Shown here: positions 12,689 to 25,214 of the stretch, piece by piece | Position numbering within the stretch: the first letter of the stretch is position 1 | How the letters are laid out: each line of letters opens with the position of its first letter | Origin: Rhodosorus marinus CCMP1338 | Taxonomy: Eukaryota; Plantae; Rhodophyta | DNA length: 64,000 bases | NCBI GenBank assembly: GCA_029953675.1 | Contig: JAMWBK010000002.1 | Span: 1,798,001-1,862,000, forward strand | Direction of reading: 5' to 3' | Program-made: the position numbers and the translations under genes | The notes under the pieces: generated by a model | The model's database searches: none | What the model was told of the DNA's origin: nothing | Seen by the model: the letters and a program-made list of their open reading frames with translations, nothing else

Positions 12689-13458
12689 TCAGCCCAGGGA
12701 GCTGGTCAGCCTCAGTATCTCCGCCCACTCGAAACCTTCTATGCAGTCGAAGCACCATCCGATATCTGGAACTAACTTGCCCCTCCCCATAGTGGCACGC
12801 ATGGCACTGCATCTTAGGTGATTCGTAGCACCACACTTCGAGCAGAGCCATATCCTAAGTGATTCATCCGCACAGCAGATCGAGTCTGAACCCATCTTGG
12901 AGCTCGCAGGACCTGGATTGTTGCTCTCCGGCGTTCGTGAGATTGAGTCTATTGGAGCAACGTCCATGCGCATGTGGGTTGGAATTTCGAAAATAGCAGA
13001 TAGCATCTGCTCATGATCATCAACAAAGGTGACGTTCAAAGGGATGGAGGCCCAGGGCTGATTCTTTAGAAGGTCTTCCAGTGCCTTTAAACGCCGATTC
13101 TTTCCGGCTCGTGATGTCTGTATTCGTTTGGCACTCCGCGGATGTTGCCACGCCCACTCAAACTGCAGGGCTTGAACTTGACAGCGAAAACCGTGCACTA
13201 CGAGAAGCATTTTCCATGGTCGATGCGCTCTTGTGCTCTTCGCCTAAAAGAAAAAAGGATCTCGCATGAACAAAACGTAATGTGCGCCCAAATCGAATTT
13301 CCACGCAGGACAGATACCCCTCCGCGAAGCAGTTCTCCATTGTGCTGCCTTAGTCTTCTTCGCGGGTTTGTGGTGAAGCCGATATAAGTTCGGCCTTTGG
13401 ACCCTCGCTCAGGCGCGTCCGACTCCAGAAGATAGCACCCAAAGAACCGCTGAACCAT
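12689..13458 (-). CDS. SLX1: Structure-specific endonuclease subunit SLX1 (GIY-YIG plus C-terminal Cys-rich domain), 1 intron
   Basis: GCYLL…TYIGFTTNPRRRLRQHNGE…GG|AKSTRAHRPWKMLLVVHGF…ALQFEWAWQHP, with C-terminal Cys/His motifs. Intron at 13244-13317. Confidence 0.92.
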
Positions 13459-13929
13459 GGTCCATACGACATGTCACGCTACGATCCAAACGAATCTAGA
13501 CGGCGCAAGTCGAACCGCAGGATCATCCCCTCTTGCGCTAGGCAAAGAGCCATGAAACTCAATCTTAGATATCTGTTGTATTCAAGGAAGCCTAGGGGCG
13601 GAGAAAACGAAAGCAGACTCGGTACCTGCGCAAAGACCCCCAACCGCATGGGCAAAGAGTGACGTGCGCCTAACAGGATTCCCGCGCACCCTTAACAGCA
13701 AAAAAACCTCTCTCGGCAGGTCACATAAACAACCCACGTCATAACACACTACAGCAGACCAATAGAGTCCATCCCAATCCTCCTCAGTACTAACAGTTCT
13801 TCCTCCCCGCAGGCACAGATTTGAGCAATTTTTCATAATGGGCGAAAGAATATCACTCAGTCCATTTCATAGGTTTATTGACTGAATATGTATATTGATT
13901 AATTTCAATCTAAACTGAAATTGTGATAT

Positions 13930-13941
13930 TTTCGCGGGAAA
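13930..13941. promoter_or_regulatory. E2F-binding site in the SLX1/RFC2 divergent promoter
   Basis: TTTCGCGGGAAA. The reverse strand TTTCCCGC matches the E2F consensus TTTSSCGC. Confidence 0.55.
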
Positions 13942-14250
13942 TATTTTTTCTATATCTGAATGGCTGGATTGTTTTCTTTTCACTGATAAATTTTGTTGAA
14001 AGGGGACTATTGATGAGCAGCTTGTTTCTGTTTAGGCGATCGAGCCGGATTTCGGGGATGGGAGGCTTTGGCCTATGTATGTGTTTTGGATCACTAGGTT
14101 CGAGGCTTGTTGATCTTGAGTGAAGATCTACTTGGTAATGACTTGGTTTGGAGCGTAGATAAGATCTCTCGGAGAGTGGTCCACTTAGTTACACGTAAGG
14201 TGGATGTTTGCTTTGGGTACGTTCAGATTTTTTTTAATTGGCGCTTCACA

Positions 14251-15331
14251 ATGGAAGTGGAGGAACGGAAAACTGAGGAGAAATATGAGCTACCCTGGGT
14301 GGAAAAGTACAGGCCGATGAGGTTGAGCGAGGTTGTCGGGAATCAAGAGGTTGTGGAGAGGCTCAAGGTAAATGCCAAGCATGGCAATATGACGAATCTG
14401 CTGCTAACCGGACCTCCGGGTTGCGGTAAAACAACTGCGGTAATGTGCTTAGCGAGGGAAATGCTCGGAGAGGAGCTTCTTAGGGAGGCAGTACTGGAGC
14501 TGAACGCTTCTGATGAGCGAGGAATTGATGTTATTCGCAGCAGAGTGAAGATGTTCGCGCAGAAGAAGCTCTCTCTGCCCCCCGGCGCTCACAAGATTAT
14601 CATCCTAGACGAGGCCGATTCCATGACACCGTCCGCGCAACAGGCTCTAAGGAGGACAATGGAAATCTACTCATCGACAACACGGTTTGCTCTGGCTTGC
14701 AACCTTTCGAACAAGGTCATTGAGCCTATACAGAGCAGATGCGCGGTTGTTAGGTTTCAACGGCTGACAAACGAACAGGTCACGAAGAGGTTGCTTTTGG
14801 TCCTCGAGGCTGAGAGTGTCCCTTTTGAGCCTACGGGAATTGAGGCGCTTGTCTTCACTGCAGAGGGTGATATGAGAAACGCGCTCAACAATGCGCAATC
14901 CACCTTCCACGGATTTGGGAGGGTTACTGCGGACAACGTGTTCAAGGTAAATACAGACTGCCCCCAGAGCGCCGAGGCTCACATAAAACAGAAATTCTTC
15001 ATTTCCGCACAGTCTGAGCGCGTCATTGTTCCGTCAATAGGTCTGTGATCAACCCCATCCATTAGTTTTGAAACAGTTCATCGCCAAGTGTCTGGCCGTA
15101 GATCTTGACGGTGCGATCTCCGAGCTCCGATACTTGTGGAAGGAAGGCTATTCGGCAATTGATATTATTCAGACAGTATTTCGTATTGCGAAGTCGTATG
15201 ACATGTCCGAAGAGCAAAAGCTCGGTTATCTTCGCGAAGTAGGAAAGACTCACATGCGAATTGCCAATGGCGTAGATTCCATGATTCAGCTTTCAAGTCT
15301 GGCCGCGCGGTTATGTGAAGTCCAGCCTTGA
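14251..15331 (+). CDS. RFC2: Replication factor C subunit 2 (human RFC2 / yeast Rfc4 type), 1 intron
   Basis: [49 protein letters not shown] and IEPIQSRC. Intron 14947-15040 joins FK|VCDQPHP. Confidence 0.96.
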
Positions 15332-16882
15332 AAACTGTTCTCTATGCTGACAAACATATCGACCTTCCGTCAGGAGAAAGAACGGCATAAGAAGAAAAGT
15401 GTCAGTAGTGTACAGTACAAGCCCGAAACTAGTAAAGGTACGAAGATAACCGCGAAACGAAAGCCATCATAGATCTTGGTGATTTTTAAGTAGTTCGTCA
15501 TGGCCAATTCCCGAAAGAAAAGGCCGTCAAGAGTAGCAACTACTATGATTTTAATCATCTGACGTTTCAGAAGGCATCGAAGTCCCCAAAAAGGAAGAAC
15601 ACGAACTCACCCCCTTCTTCCCTAGCCCCCTCCAAAAGGCCAAGCCTGGTTCGTGGATTGAGAGCGCCTCACTCCGAAGCAGAGGACCCCAGCTGCAGCC
15701 CCGAGTCTATCCCACAGCTTCACTGCAAATCAAATTATGGCGGTATTAGATTTTAGCGCAATTCTCAAAAGAGGACGACGTGCTTGTCGTCATCTTACGA
15801 AAGGCTCAGAATCTCAACCTCCGTTACCCATCCTATTCACCGTGAAAAACACAAGATCTGGTTCTATTGATCTCGCTCTACGCCTCAAAATACATGTTAA
15901 TATAAAGCATAACCCATACCCATAACCGACCGCCCTGATAAGCAACGAGAAGCGCCTCCAGTGAATTCATGTGATCGTGCTCCACCCCGCTCGCGAACGG
16001 AGTTTGAAGCCGCGCTTTATATCGACGCATCGAGAGTGGCCGCTCGTAGACTGAGTTGTCGTCCTCAGTCTACGAGCGGTCGTTCTTCTAGATCCTTACA
16101 GCGTTCCATCTAATAGAGCAGTACTGTCAGAACTTATCCGGAATCTCGATTTGTTCAGTGAATTTGCTCGAACACACCTTCATTGGGCTATGAAGGCACG
16201 ATGTTCCTCGAGCTCCGGGAAGGGGGGGGCCGGAGGGAGGGAGGGATGGGTTTTGCTTAGGTTCGAGTTGGGACAGAAACGAACATGGAGAGCCAACTTA
16301 CACGTTTCAAGATCACATATCGATTTCGAATTATTCAGGCACAGCCCGTAGATGTGGCTTGAGTTTGAAGGAGGCCAGGGGAACGCCTGATCGTCGTAAC
16401 CCCGAACCTGCCCTATCCATTTGCCATCGAAATTCAACGGACAGCTGTCCTGACGGGTAGTGCCGATAGTACGGGCTAAAGTTTAGGCTCTAAGAAGACC
16501 AAACTCTTTTCAAGCTTGGCTTGGTTTGCCTTGACCGATGTTCAGTGGAGTAGGTCGTAGCTTCTAACTTCCGACTTCTGTGCATGAGGCTTTGGCATGC
16601 AGCTGCTCCGTAACATACTTCTGAGATATTTATAGAGGCTCTGAATGAGACTGGTTCACCGGGCCGTGTAAAGGGAGTTGGCTTGGCTTGGGGCTAGTTG
16701 ACGATGGAATGGGAGTAGCGTGGTGTGTCCTTCGGAATTTCTGTTAACTGCTTTGCTGGCCCCGACTTGACGTACTTGTTTGTTTGTAAACTAGTATGGA
16801 TGAAATGTGTTTCCTGAGTGTTTTTTTCCCTTTAAACGGAGCCAGGAGAAGTTTAAAGAGGGAAAGGCGCGGTCAGGCGGTT

Positions 16883-17203
16883 ATGAGCATGAGCCGGTGT
16901 AGACGATGTGGTCAGACGTTTGATACGGAGGACAACATTTTTGGAAAGTGCAAGTTCCATGCGACGTTTATAGGGAACCGTGGATACTACACAATGGTTC
17001 TCGAGACTTATCAGGACAAGGAGACTAAGGCATACAAGCAGCGCATGCACAGTCGCTGGACCTGCTGCGGGTCAAACGACGAGCAAGCTCGTGGCTGTAA
17101 AGTAGGACGCCATCTTACACACGACGACGAGGATGAGCGCTGGGAAGACGATTGGATGCGTCCTTATGGGGTATGGGGCCACGGGATGAAGCAGCTCAAA
17201 TGA
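16883..17203 (+). CDS. Small Cys/His-rich putative zinc-binding protein
   Basis: CRRC…CKFH…WTCCG…GCKVGRH pattern, similar to Btk-motif-like zinc sites. Acidic C-terminus. Confidence 0.65.
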   Translation: MSMSRCRRCGQTFDTEDNIFGKCKFHATFIGNRGYYTMVLETYQDKETKAYKQRMHSRWTCCGSNDEQARGCKVGRHLTHDDEDERWEDDWMRPYGVWGHGMKQLK

Positions 17204-18047
17204 GCTAACCTCTGGTAAAGCTGGGGGCTTACAGCAGATGTGCTCAAGACATGACTGCCACGGAAAACGCTTCCCGGTTCACCCTCCTACGCTCTCAGGA
17301 ACGCCTCTGTGTCGAAGGCCTGGAATCTCTTCTGACGTGATGACGGCAATTGATCGAAGTCAGCCAATGCCGTTTGCGAGGAGCGGGGGTTGGAAAAGAC
17401 CGAACATGCGTGTGGATAATCAGTGAAGCAAGGCGAAGTAAGTCTGGGTTGTCAAGCTGAAGGATTCAATCATTGCCAGCGCTGTCAGTAACTTCAGGGA
17501 GAGCGATGGATTCGTAAGTCGCTTAGAGCTCCTGAAACCGATGTATACAACACCCACGAGGGGTTAACGAATACCCTCAATCACGTAGGCGCAAAATCTA
17601 GTATAATATAAGCATATCGCAACCTTCAAAAATCCAACGCTATTTGGCAATAATCCTTGCTCATACTTTGAGATCAAAGACTATATTTCTTGATTAGGGA
17701 AAATATATCCATATTTATGACCAGCAAATTCCTGCGTTAGTATACTACTCTGTACTACTTGAGAATCGAGGCAGATCAAGGTCTCCTGGATTGCTTGGAA
17801 CATGAGAGACTTCTTGTCGTCCAGGCGGGTTGACCAACATGACCTTTGAAGGTTGAGGTGTTTATAGGCTGCAATACGTGTGTACTGAAAGTGCTATTAG
17901 GTCAGTCATTCCAACGGAATATGAAGGGTTTTTTTCTTGGACCACTATTTCTGGCTGTGAGTCCTTCACGGGTTTGATGAGAAGTCAGCTGAGTGAGAGT
18001 TTCTGCATGAGCGAAGCACAGGTGGACTTGGAACTGCTTCGTTGGAA

Positions 18048-20132
18048 ATGGTTCTGGAGAGCACGATTTCTTCAGTCCTACAGAGTCAGCTGAAGCAGTG
18101 GGTAAAAATCCGCGGAAGTGATGTCAGTGTCGGGATTCGCGGTGGTCACCTGGTGCTAGAGAATGCTGAGCTTAACACCGAGTCCCTGAACGAGCTTTCC
18201 CTACCCTTCAAAATCCTGTCTGTACGTTGTTGTTCAGTTGCGAACTTCCCATTTCTCTGATCCTCCTGGGCCGAGAAAGCTGATGGCCTTTCTCCTCCAT
18301 TTTTGAAACAGGGCCAAGCTGGTAGACTGAGAGTGGACGTCCCATGGATATCTCTCGGGTCGAAGCCTGTGGATGTTTATGTAGAGGACATACATCTCAC
18401 AGCTGGAAAGAAGCCTACCACAGATGAAGGGCCGCCTTCTTCCGAAAAGAAGCCCGTGCCCGAAATAACGGGTTCGGAGCTTGAGGCTTCGGAATCGACC
18501 CCAACGGCTGACGACTCTGCTGTGGAAGGAGATCGATGGCACGAGAGTTTCGTCTTTCGGTTGGCGGCTAATATTAGAGTTGAGGTCAATGGTATACGCA
18601 TCTTTGTTACACGACAGTGGTCTCTACTGAGTCGTACACACATGAGCTCATGTTCGTTCACCTGTTCCCACATTGGTTCCCCTGTGTCCCCAACCAGGCT
18701 TGAGACTGGAGTACACTGACGAATGTTGCAGTACATCTCTCTCTTTCACCTCCCTCAAGTCTACCGCCTGTGACGCGTCATGGGAACCAGCGTTTATTAC
18801 TGCCGACGATTCTTCTGGTATTCCTATTGCACTAAGAAGAAAGTTGGAACTCGAGTGTCTGCAATGCCAGATGATTCGCACGCTCGCGGATTCGAAGAGG
18901 GACTTTGAGGGTGTGTTTCCAGTTCTTGCAGGCCTTAATCTCCAGTTCCGCCTGTTCCTGTGCACGGGAGGAGATGGAGCCTTCTCGTCCGCGCAATCTG
19001 TTGAAGTCGAAGTAAGTCTGTGCTGCTGTACCCCTGTGTTTTCCAAGAAGTGAGGACTCAAACGGGCTTGTTATTATGCTCCTTTTCTAGGTCGATGTTG
19101 AAGAGCCCAATATCAGTCTCTCCGCTAGACAGGTCAACTGGTTGACAGAAATTTTCGGGTTGGAGAAGTCAACGAAGCAGTCCGCACTAGGTACGAATAG
19201 GTTGCCAGAGGAAGCCCAGCTTGGCAATGATGGCAAATCTCTGGCGAGGGAAGAGGAAGAGTCGAAGGGCCCAATGAGTCTCTTTTGGTCCTATATAGTT
19301 GGCGAAAATGGCTATGTGGTGGAAGATGATGCTGCAGGAGTGCTGGCCTTGCGCGAGGATAACGCCAAAGACGAACCAGATGTCGATGACCCTGCAGACC
19401 TCGACCAAAAGCTTGAGCTAGCAGGAAATGCGGGAGGGTTTACAATCAAGCTCAACCTCACCACGCCAGACGTCAAGTTGAGGAGTGAATTATCGAAGCT
19501 TAAGAAGCAACTGAAAGAGGAGCGATTGATTCGAGAAGACTTACAGGGCGCACGAGGGGATGCCTTGGAGGCCGAATCAAGGGCAAGGGCAGCAGCTGAA
19601 CAAGCGAGCATTCTTATGGCAAAAAATAGAGCCCTTCAGAAGGAGGTCGCAGAGCTCGAGCATCTGGTGAGGATAGACCCGAGAACTTGCCTCTCACTGA
19701 CTTCATGCTTGGCGGAAATGTTGCTTGTTTGATTGTTCAAGCTATGGACAAGTACAAACGGACAATCGCTAATGCGGGTTTCGCGTGGTTTTGTTACTGA
19801 TTTTACAGGCTGGTGAACAAAGCAGGAATAAGGACGCCATCATCCGCCAGCTACAAGCCGCGGTTACAACGGCAGAGAGGAAGCTGTTCGATGCAAGCCG
19901 ACTAGGACCCGAATCAACTTCTCCTGGTACTTCAAGAAGCCCGCTCGCATTACCGCCACAGGACGCACCAAAAGGATCGTCTACCTCGACCTCAGGATTG
20001 CCAGAAGTCGGGACATCGGAGAGCCACAGTAACGTGCAATCCGAGGAGCACAGATTCAGAAATGTTCCTCCAGACACTCGACCGCAAACTATGGTTCAGG
20101 AAAGTCTTGGCGACGGTGTTGAGCTCATCTAG
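18048..20132 (+). CDS. Short Chorein_N (VPS13/ATG2-like N-terminal) domain protein with coiled-coil C-terminus
   Basis: MVLESTISSVLQSQLKQWV…VSVGIRGGHLVLENAELN…LPFKILS|GQAGRLRVDVPWISLGSKPVDVYVEDIHL. Later heptad-rich region ELSKLKKQLKEERL…KNRALQKEVAELE. Several introns. Confidence 0.75.
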
Positions 20133-20458
20133 GTAAAAACGCCGGATACGATCGGCTTGAAATCGGAGTCGTAGTGATGAAGCGGGATGACGAACGAGGA
20201 TAATGACTCTGCAAAAGATTCTGGGACCCCCTTAAGATTGAATGCTTTCAGGGGCTGAGCTAAACGTGAATTAGCGATGATAGACTTGGACCCAGACGTA
20301 GTGAGCAGCCCGCACTGGTAATTTTCCTCTCGTCCTTTCATTGCATACCGCGCTTTTAAATTAATATCATAACAGCCAACTTCAGTGTATTCCACAAAAG
20401 CATTTTCGATTACGCTTGATTCACGCCTGAACCAATGTCTCGCAGGATCATGGATCAC
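20129..20458 (-). CDS. Hypothetical ORF of 109 aa
   Basis: Open frame with plausible composition, convergent with the Chorein_N gene. No family recognised. Confidence 0.2.
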   Translation of the reverse strand: MIHDPARHWFRRESSVIENAFVEYTEVGCYDINLKARYAMKGREENYQCGLLTTSGSKSIIANSRLAQPLKAFNLKGVPESFAESLSSFVIPLHHYDSDFKPIVSGVFT

Positions 20459-21846
20459 AGCTCTAATCTGTCCCAGCCCAGGCTAAAGCGGGACACTTCC
20501 AACTTATTCAAAGGTTCAAAAAAATGCGTTCTGTCCAGTAATCAACCAATCACAGGCATCCCCGCACGAGTGCGGTTTCTGCCGAAAACTGATTAAGGCC
20601 AGAGCGGCAATGAAATTCGTTTGTCTTTTGAAAAATAATGGTGCTCTTCCCGCTTCACATTTTGTCCATAGTAAGAATCCCTGATTGGCTTTTTTCAAAG
20701 ACTAGAACATTCTAATTGGATACAAATTATTTGAATTAAAAAAATAAAAATGTGCCAATAGAGCCTTGAAATTCTGAGGCCACAGACGATATTCATGCTG
20801 GGGAAATCTCGCGCTTCATTGTCATCCGTCCTGAAGAAGGAATGGGAAAAAAAAAAAGGAGCAGAATAAACCCTTCAAAAACGGACGACGAAGAAAGAGA
20901 CCGGTAAGTGAAAAAAGGGGACGGAATGGTTAAGCAGCAACTCTTACACTAAAATTTCAAAAATACCTTCGTCAACTAGAAATATAATTTCTACTCCCCT
21001 CCCCGACACCCTCCCCACATCCTCCAAGCATCCTCCGCACACACCCCCAGAAACCCTTTGTAAGAACAAGGAGAGTGTCTGTCCCAATTCAATCTCATTC
21101 AATCCCGGCTTCAAAACCCTCTATTTAAAAAAAACGTTAGATACACATTTTCAAAACTCAAACTTCCAAATCTGAAACCAACCTCTAAGGGAATCGTTTT
21201 CGACGATATGTGAATGGGAACTGTTCCGAGAGGGGGGTATTCCATTGTTACACTTTCAACTCAATCTGAACATAAATCCAGCAAACAAAATCCACCCCTA
21301 AACTTCCGGGAAGATTGATTGTTATTCTAATTTGTTTTATTTCTCGAACACATACAGGCTCTCCGGGATTTCGGATCTACCCCCTTTGCTATTGAGGATC
21401 ATTTTAAAACTGTATTGGAATCTATATTCTCCTTCCTTTTGGGTAGATTTTCCGTGGCTGATAGTGAGTGGGGCAGGACTGTCCCAAATGTTGTGCTCGT
21501 TGAGATGGTCGTGGATTGGCATTCCGAATAATTTTCTTCACGCGTTTCTTGGATAGGAATTGGGGTTTTGCCAGGTTTTTTTTGTAAGTTCAGGTGTTGT
21601 GGTGGTGGTATAGATTGATATGATAAGCGCAATGGGGATTTTCTTAGACTCCAGTGTGGGAAAGGTGTTCTTTTGAGAGCGAACTCGCGAGCGGAGTGAT
21701 TGTAGGCTATCCAAGACTTTCACTGTGTGTTGACGTTCAACGGAGGAAAGGTTAAGTTGTGGGTGGTTGAATTTGGAGTAGCGCTCTCAAATCAGTGTTG
21801 AGGCGGCTCTGAGCGATTGTTCTGCTGAGGTGCTTTCCCGGTCGCA

Positions 21847-22829
21847 ATGGCGAAGGTCGGGCAGTCTGCCTTGCGAGATATAACGAATCGACCTCGTCCT
21901 GCGAGAAATCCTGTTAACAAGGTCGGGTCGGATAGAGTTGTTCCGGTGAGAGGTAGTGATGACCTGGTACTTAGCGAGGAATGCATCCGCGATGTGATCC
22001 TCACGCTTCAGCGTGGCGAGAGAATGTACCGGGTCTCGGGAGATTATTTGGCAGATGTGCAAAAAGATATATCGAAGTCAATGAGATCAATGCTTGTCGA
22101 CTGGCTGATCGAGGTCTCCGAAGAGTATCGACTGCTTCCGGAAACCCTTCATCTGTCAATGAACTACTTAGATCGGTTCCTGCAAATGACGTGCGTCGAC
22201 CGATCGCGCCTTCAGTTGGTTGGTCTGAGCTGTCTTCTATTGGCGTCCAAGGTGGAAGAGGTCTACCCCCCTCTAATTGACGATCTCGTCTTCATATCTG
22301 ACTACACATACACGCGAGAAGAGGTTATCCAGATGGAATCCCTCGTTGTCAGTAATCTCGAGTTCAGACTAACGGTCACTACCATGTTCCCCTTCATGCA
22401 CATACTCTTGAGAGCTTGTGTGGTCGATTCTCGACTTGACCAGCTGGCGTCGTTCTTGGCGGACTTATCACTTCTTAATTATTCGCTGGTGACGTACGCC
22501 TAACTCCGAACGTGCGGTCAATATCACTAGAGGCCTTTCTTGATTGCTAAAAGTCCACCAAACGCTGATTTCACAGGTATTTGCCCTCAACAATCGCAGC
22601 TGCTTGTGTGTATGTTGCGCGAAGAGGTTTGAATATGCCTGGCTGGAACGACGAGCTAGAGAGAGTTTCGAATTTAGTGCTCAGGGAGATACAAAACCCT
22701 GCTCGAGAACTGCTGATACAATGGCGAAAATATGTAAGCCCGGCTTGCAACCTGCACTCGGTCAGGGACAAGTACTCTGGTTCGCAGTACTCCGGCATTG
22801 AATCCATGCTTCCCCCCACTGTATTGTAG
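21847..22829 (+). CDS. A-type cyclin, 1 intron
   Basis: Cyclin box MRSMLVDWLIEVSEEYRLLPETLHLSMNYLDRFL and LQLVGLSCLLLASKVEE. D-box-like QSALRDITN. Splice VT|YLPSTIAAACVY. Confidence 0.92.
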
Positions 22830-23426
22830 AAACGTTCCTAACAATTCCACCAAACCTGGAAACCAAAACCTTTAAAGAATATACTATGTATCCTATTCAG
22901 CTGTTTCTGAAGTGCAGTTAATGATTCTGTGCGGTTTTGATTTCCAAGAGCCAACAGGCAGGGGTCAAGATGTCCCCAGTGACCATCTCCGACTGACCAA
23001 TGACTAGTACTTGACAAAAAGCTCACGTGCTGTTCTTAATTTGGGCAGACTATGCACCTCGGTCCCGCAAAAGCTGATCAACTACTAAAGCATTCCCCAT
23101 ATCAGTTATACGCTCCCTGGAGTTTTCTTTCAAGGTCACCCTGAATGGAACGATATCACCCTGAAGAAAATCGACAGGCCACGCAGAATCTGATTCACGT
23201 GATTTCTTGGATTTTGCCGGGATGTGCGGGGGGATACATTTATATCCATTTGACGGATTAGGGGGATGGTAAGTTGATGGGCAGCTGAGTAACCGTTTCG
23301 ATGAGTGAGGAGCGGGATTAATGCACTTTTGGCAACTCGATCTGCAGAGTCGTAGAGGTCTGATACTAAGTAGGAAAAAAAATAAGGGAGTCGCTTTGTT
23401 TTGTGAGTACGTTTTGCTCCGTGAAG

Positions 23427-23756
23427 ATGGAAAACTGCAATCGATCGGTTGGTTTTGTGGGCCATGGGTTTAGTCGCGTATGTGGTCATCGGAATGGTCG
23501 ACCTGCGATCGAAAATCGGAGAAGGCCGATCGTTTGCGTTCAACCAGGGCCATTTGGAAGTCAAGCTGTGGATTATGTGTTTAGCGGGGGATTGTTGGTG
23601 ATCTTGATTGGTGCTGGAACCCTTCTGTGGAATGGCTTCACTGCTGATATTACGTCCACTCCGAATCGTACCGAGGGATTAAACCTGCCAAAGGTGGACA
23701 GATTCAACTCAAGCATCGATCAGAGCAAACCGGATGACGAAAAGAAGGATGAATAA
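23427..23756 (+). CDS. Small single-TM protein, probably plastid-targeted
   Basis: Transit-like N-terminus (GFVGHGFSRVCGHR…), one hydrophobic helix (GGLLVILIGAGTLLW) and a charged tail. Confidence 0.55.
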   Translation: MENCNRSVGFVGHGFSRVCGHRNGRPAIENRRRPIVCVQPGPFGSQAVDYVFSGGLLVILIGAGTLLWNGFTADITSTPNRTEGLNLPKVDRFNSSIDQSKPDDEKKDE

Positions 23757-24260
23757 AATAAGCGTGCTCTTCCCAATCTTGCAAGCACGAAAATGCGCCC
23801 AGCGGTGAGTGTTCTGCTACAACTCGAGGCTCAAACCAACTGGGTTTTGTCAGTCTGTGCTGGATGATCCACCGCCGCGCTCAGGAAGACGGACAAATTC
23901 ATCAATACATGAGTTTGTCGCGGACTTGATTTTGTATACATGATGGCCTCCGAAGGTAAAACCAAAGTTCTTCAGCTTAGAATCTTCAACGTTTGGGTTC
24001 GAGCAAAAAAACCGTTAGATCTATAGGTAGCAGTTCAGGATCAACCGGATCCCACGAGGATTCCAGCGCCTAAGAGGAATCTTCCTTTCCTTCGTCAGCA
24101 GACACAATGATATCTATACACTTCCTCTTGTTCCAATCGAAATACTTGGTCCCCGCTAGCTCCAAATCTGCTCAAATTTTGCCAGTGACAAAAGCAAGGA
24201 AAACTACCGTTAGGAATGCCATGCACTCATGGATCACGACCCTGCGTTAACCTGTATTGC

Positions 24261-25160
24261 TCACGTCGTACCCAGTCGGCGTTGTTCGAGAGAAAATTTC
24301 TTCGCCCCGGCTGAACTCAGGGCAACCTTCAGTCTTTCCTTCTCACCATTCAACAGGTTCACCGCCCTCCCCAGCTTTTCTAGTCCTGCAGGGCTTGAGT
24401 ACATCGCAACGATTTCATCTTTCTCGTCAACCAGAACCGAAAAGTGTGACAATCCTTTCACCCTGGTATAGAGTACCGACTGACGACAAAAAGTCACGGA
24501 GAAGGAACACCACCAAATAACCGTTTAGAATACAACTGGTAGACTCCCTATGCCATGCAAGTTGAAGCGAAACAGAATAAGAAAAGCCTCCTCGCACCTT
24601 AAAGTTCAAAGGCTTAAAAAACAAGAGCAGTGCTCGTTCTCGTCTGAGGAACTCCTGGGCCAAGCGTAAGCCGTACTCTTGCTTTGACATGGGACCTCTC
24701 CTTTCAATCAGCTCATCGCAAATGACTTGTTCAAGTACGGGGATTTTACGTTCACACGTTCCGACCAGTGCAAATGTTCCACGAGCGAGAAAGTACTCCC
24801 GAGCTAGCGCAAAACGACAGCATAAACCGTTACTTGAAAACTTGGGTAGCGGGCGATATTCTATCCACAGCGATTACCTTCTATGTCACACGCCAGGGCC
24901 TTAGCATGAATCTCTGTACCATAGTCATAGACGACAACGGTAGATATCGAGCCTTGACCGGAGAAGTTCAACGCGCTATCCACTGCTCTCTGCGCCAGGC
25001 GATAGAACTCATCATGATATCGGGAATCCGGCAAACCATCCCAATCCAATCTCACAGGATGCTCTGTGAACTCGAACGAAACCCCGTCGCTATCCTTTAG
25101 CAGCTTTGAATCTGGTCCGAGAGCATCACCTGGGGCGATCGTCAGGGTGCAGTAGAACAA
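24261..25160 (-). CDS. Conserved-looking hypothetical protein, 2 or more introns, start unresolved
   Basis: Exons join as …HAKALACDIE|AREYFLARGTFALVG…QEFLRRERALLLFFKPLNFK|…YTRVKGLSHFSVLVDEKDEIVAMY…. Family not identified. Confidence 0.55.
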
Positions 25161-25214
25161 CCATACGTTTTAAAAAAAAATTCGCCCCAAAAAATATTCG
25201 GTCTTAATCACCGG

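Noticed and set aside
13198-13458. GIY-YIG domain beside a retroelement, suggesting a Penelope-like or homing endonuclease
   Set aside because: The motifs (RRRLRQHNGE, ALQFEWAWQHP) and the Cys-rich tail are those of host SLX1. The gene is spliced and lies outside the LTRs.
20129-20132. Two convergent ORFs sharing stop codons in the palindrome CTAG
   Set aside because: The minus-strand ORF is weakly supported, and such overlaps arise by chance.
21859-21891. Cyclin D-box with Q in place of the consensus R (QSALRDITN)
   Set aside because: A single-residue variant with no evidence of functional effect. Other degrons cannot be excluded.
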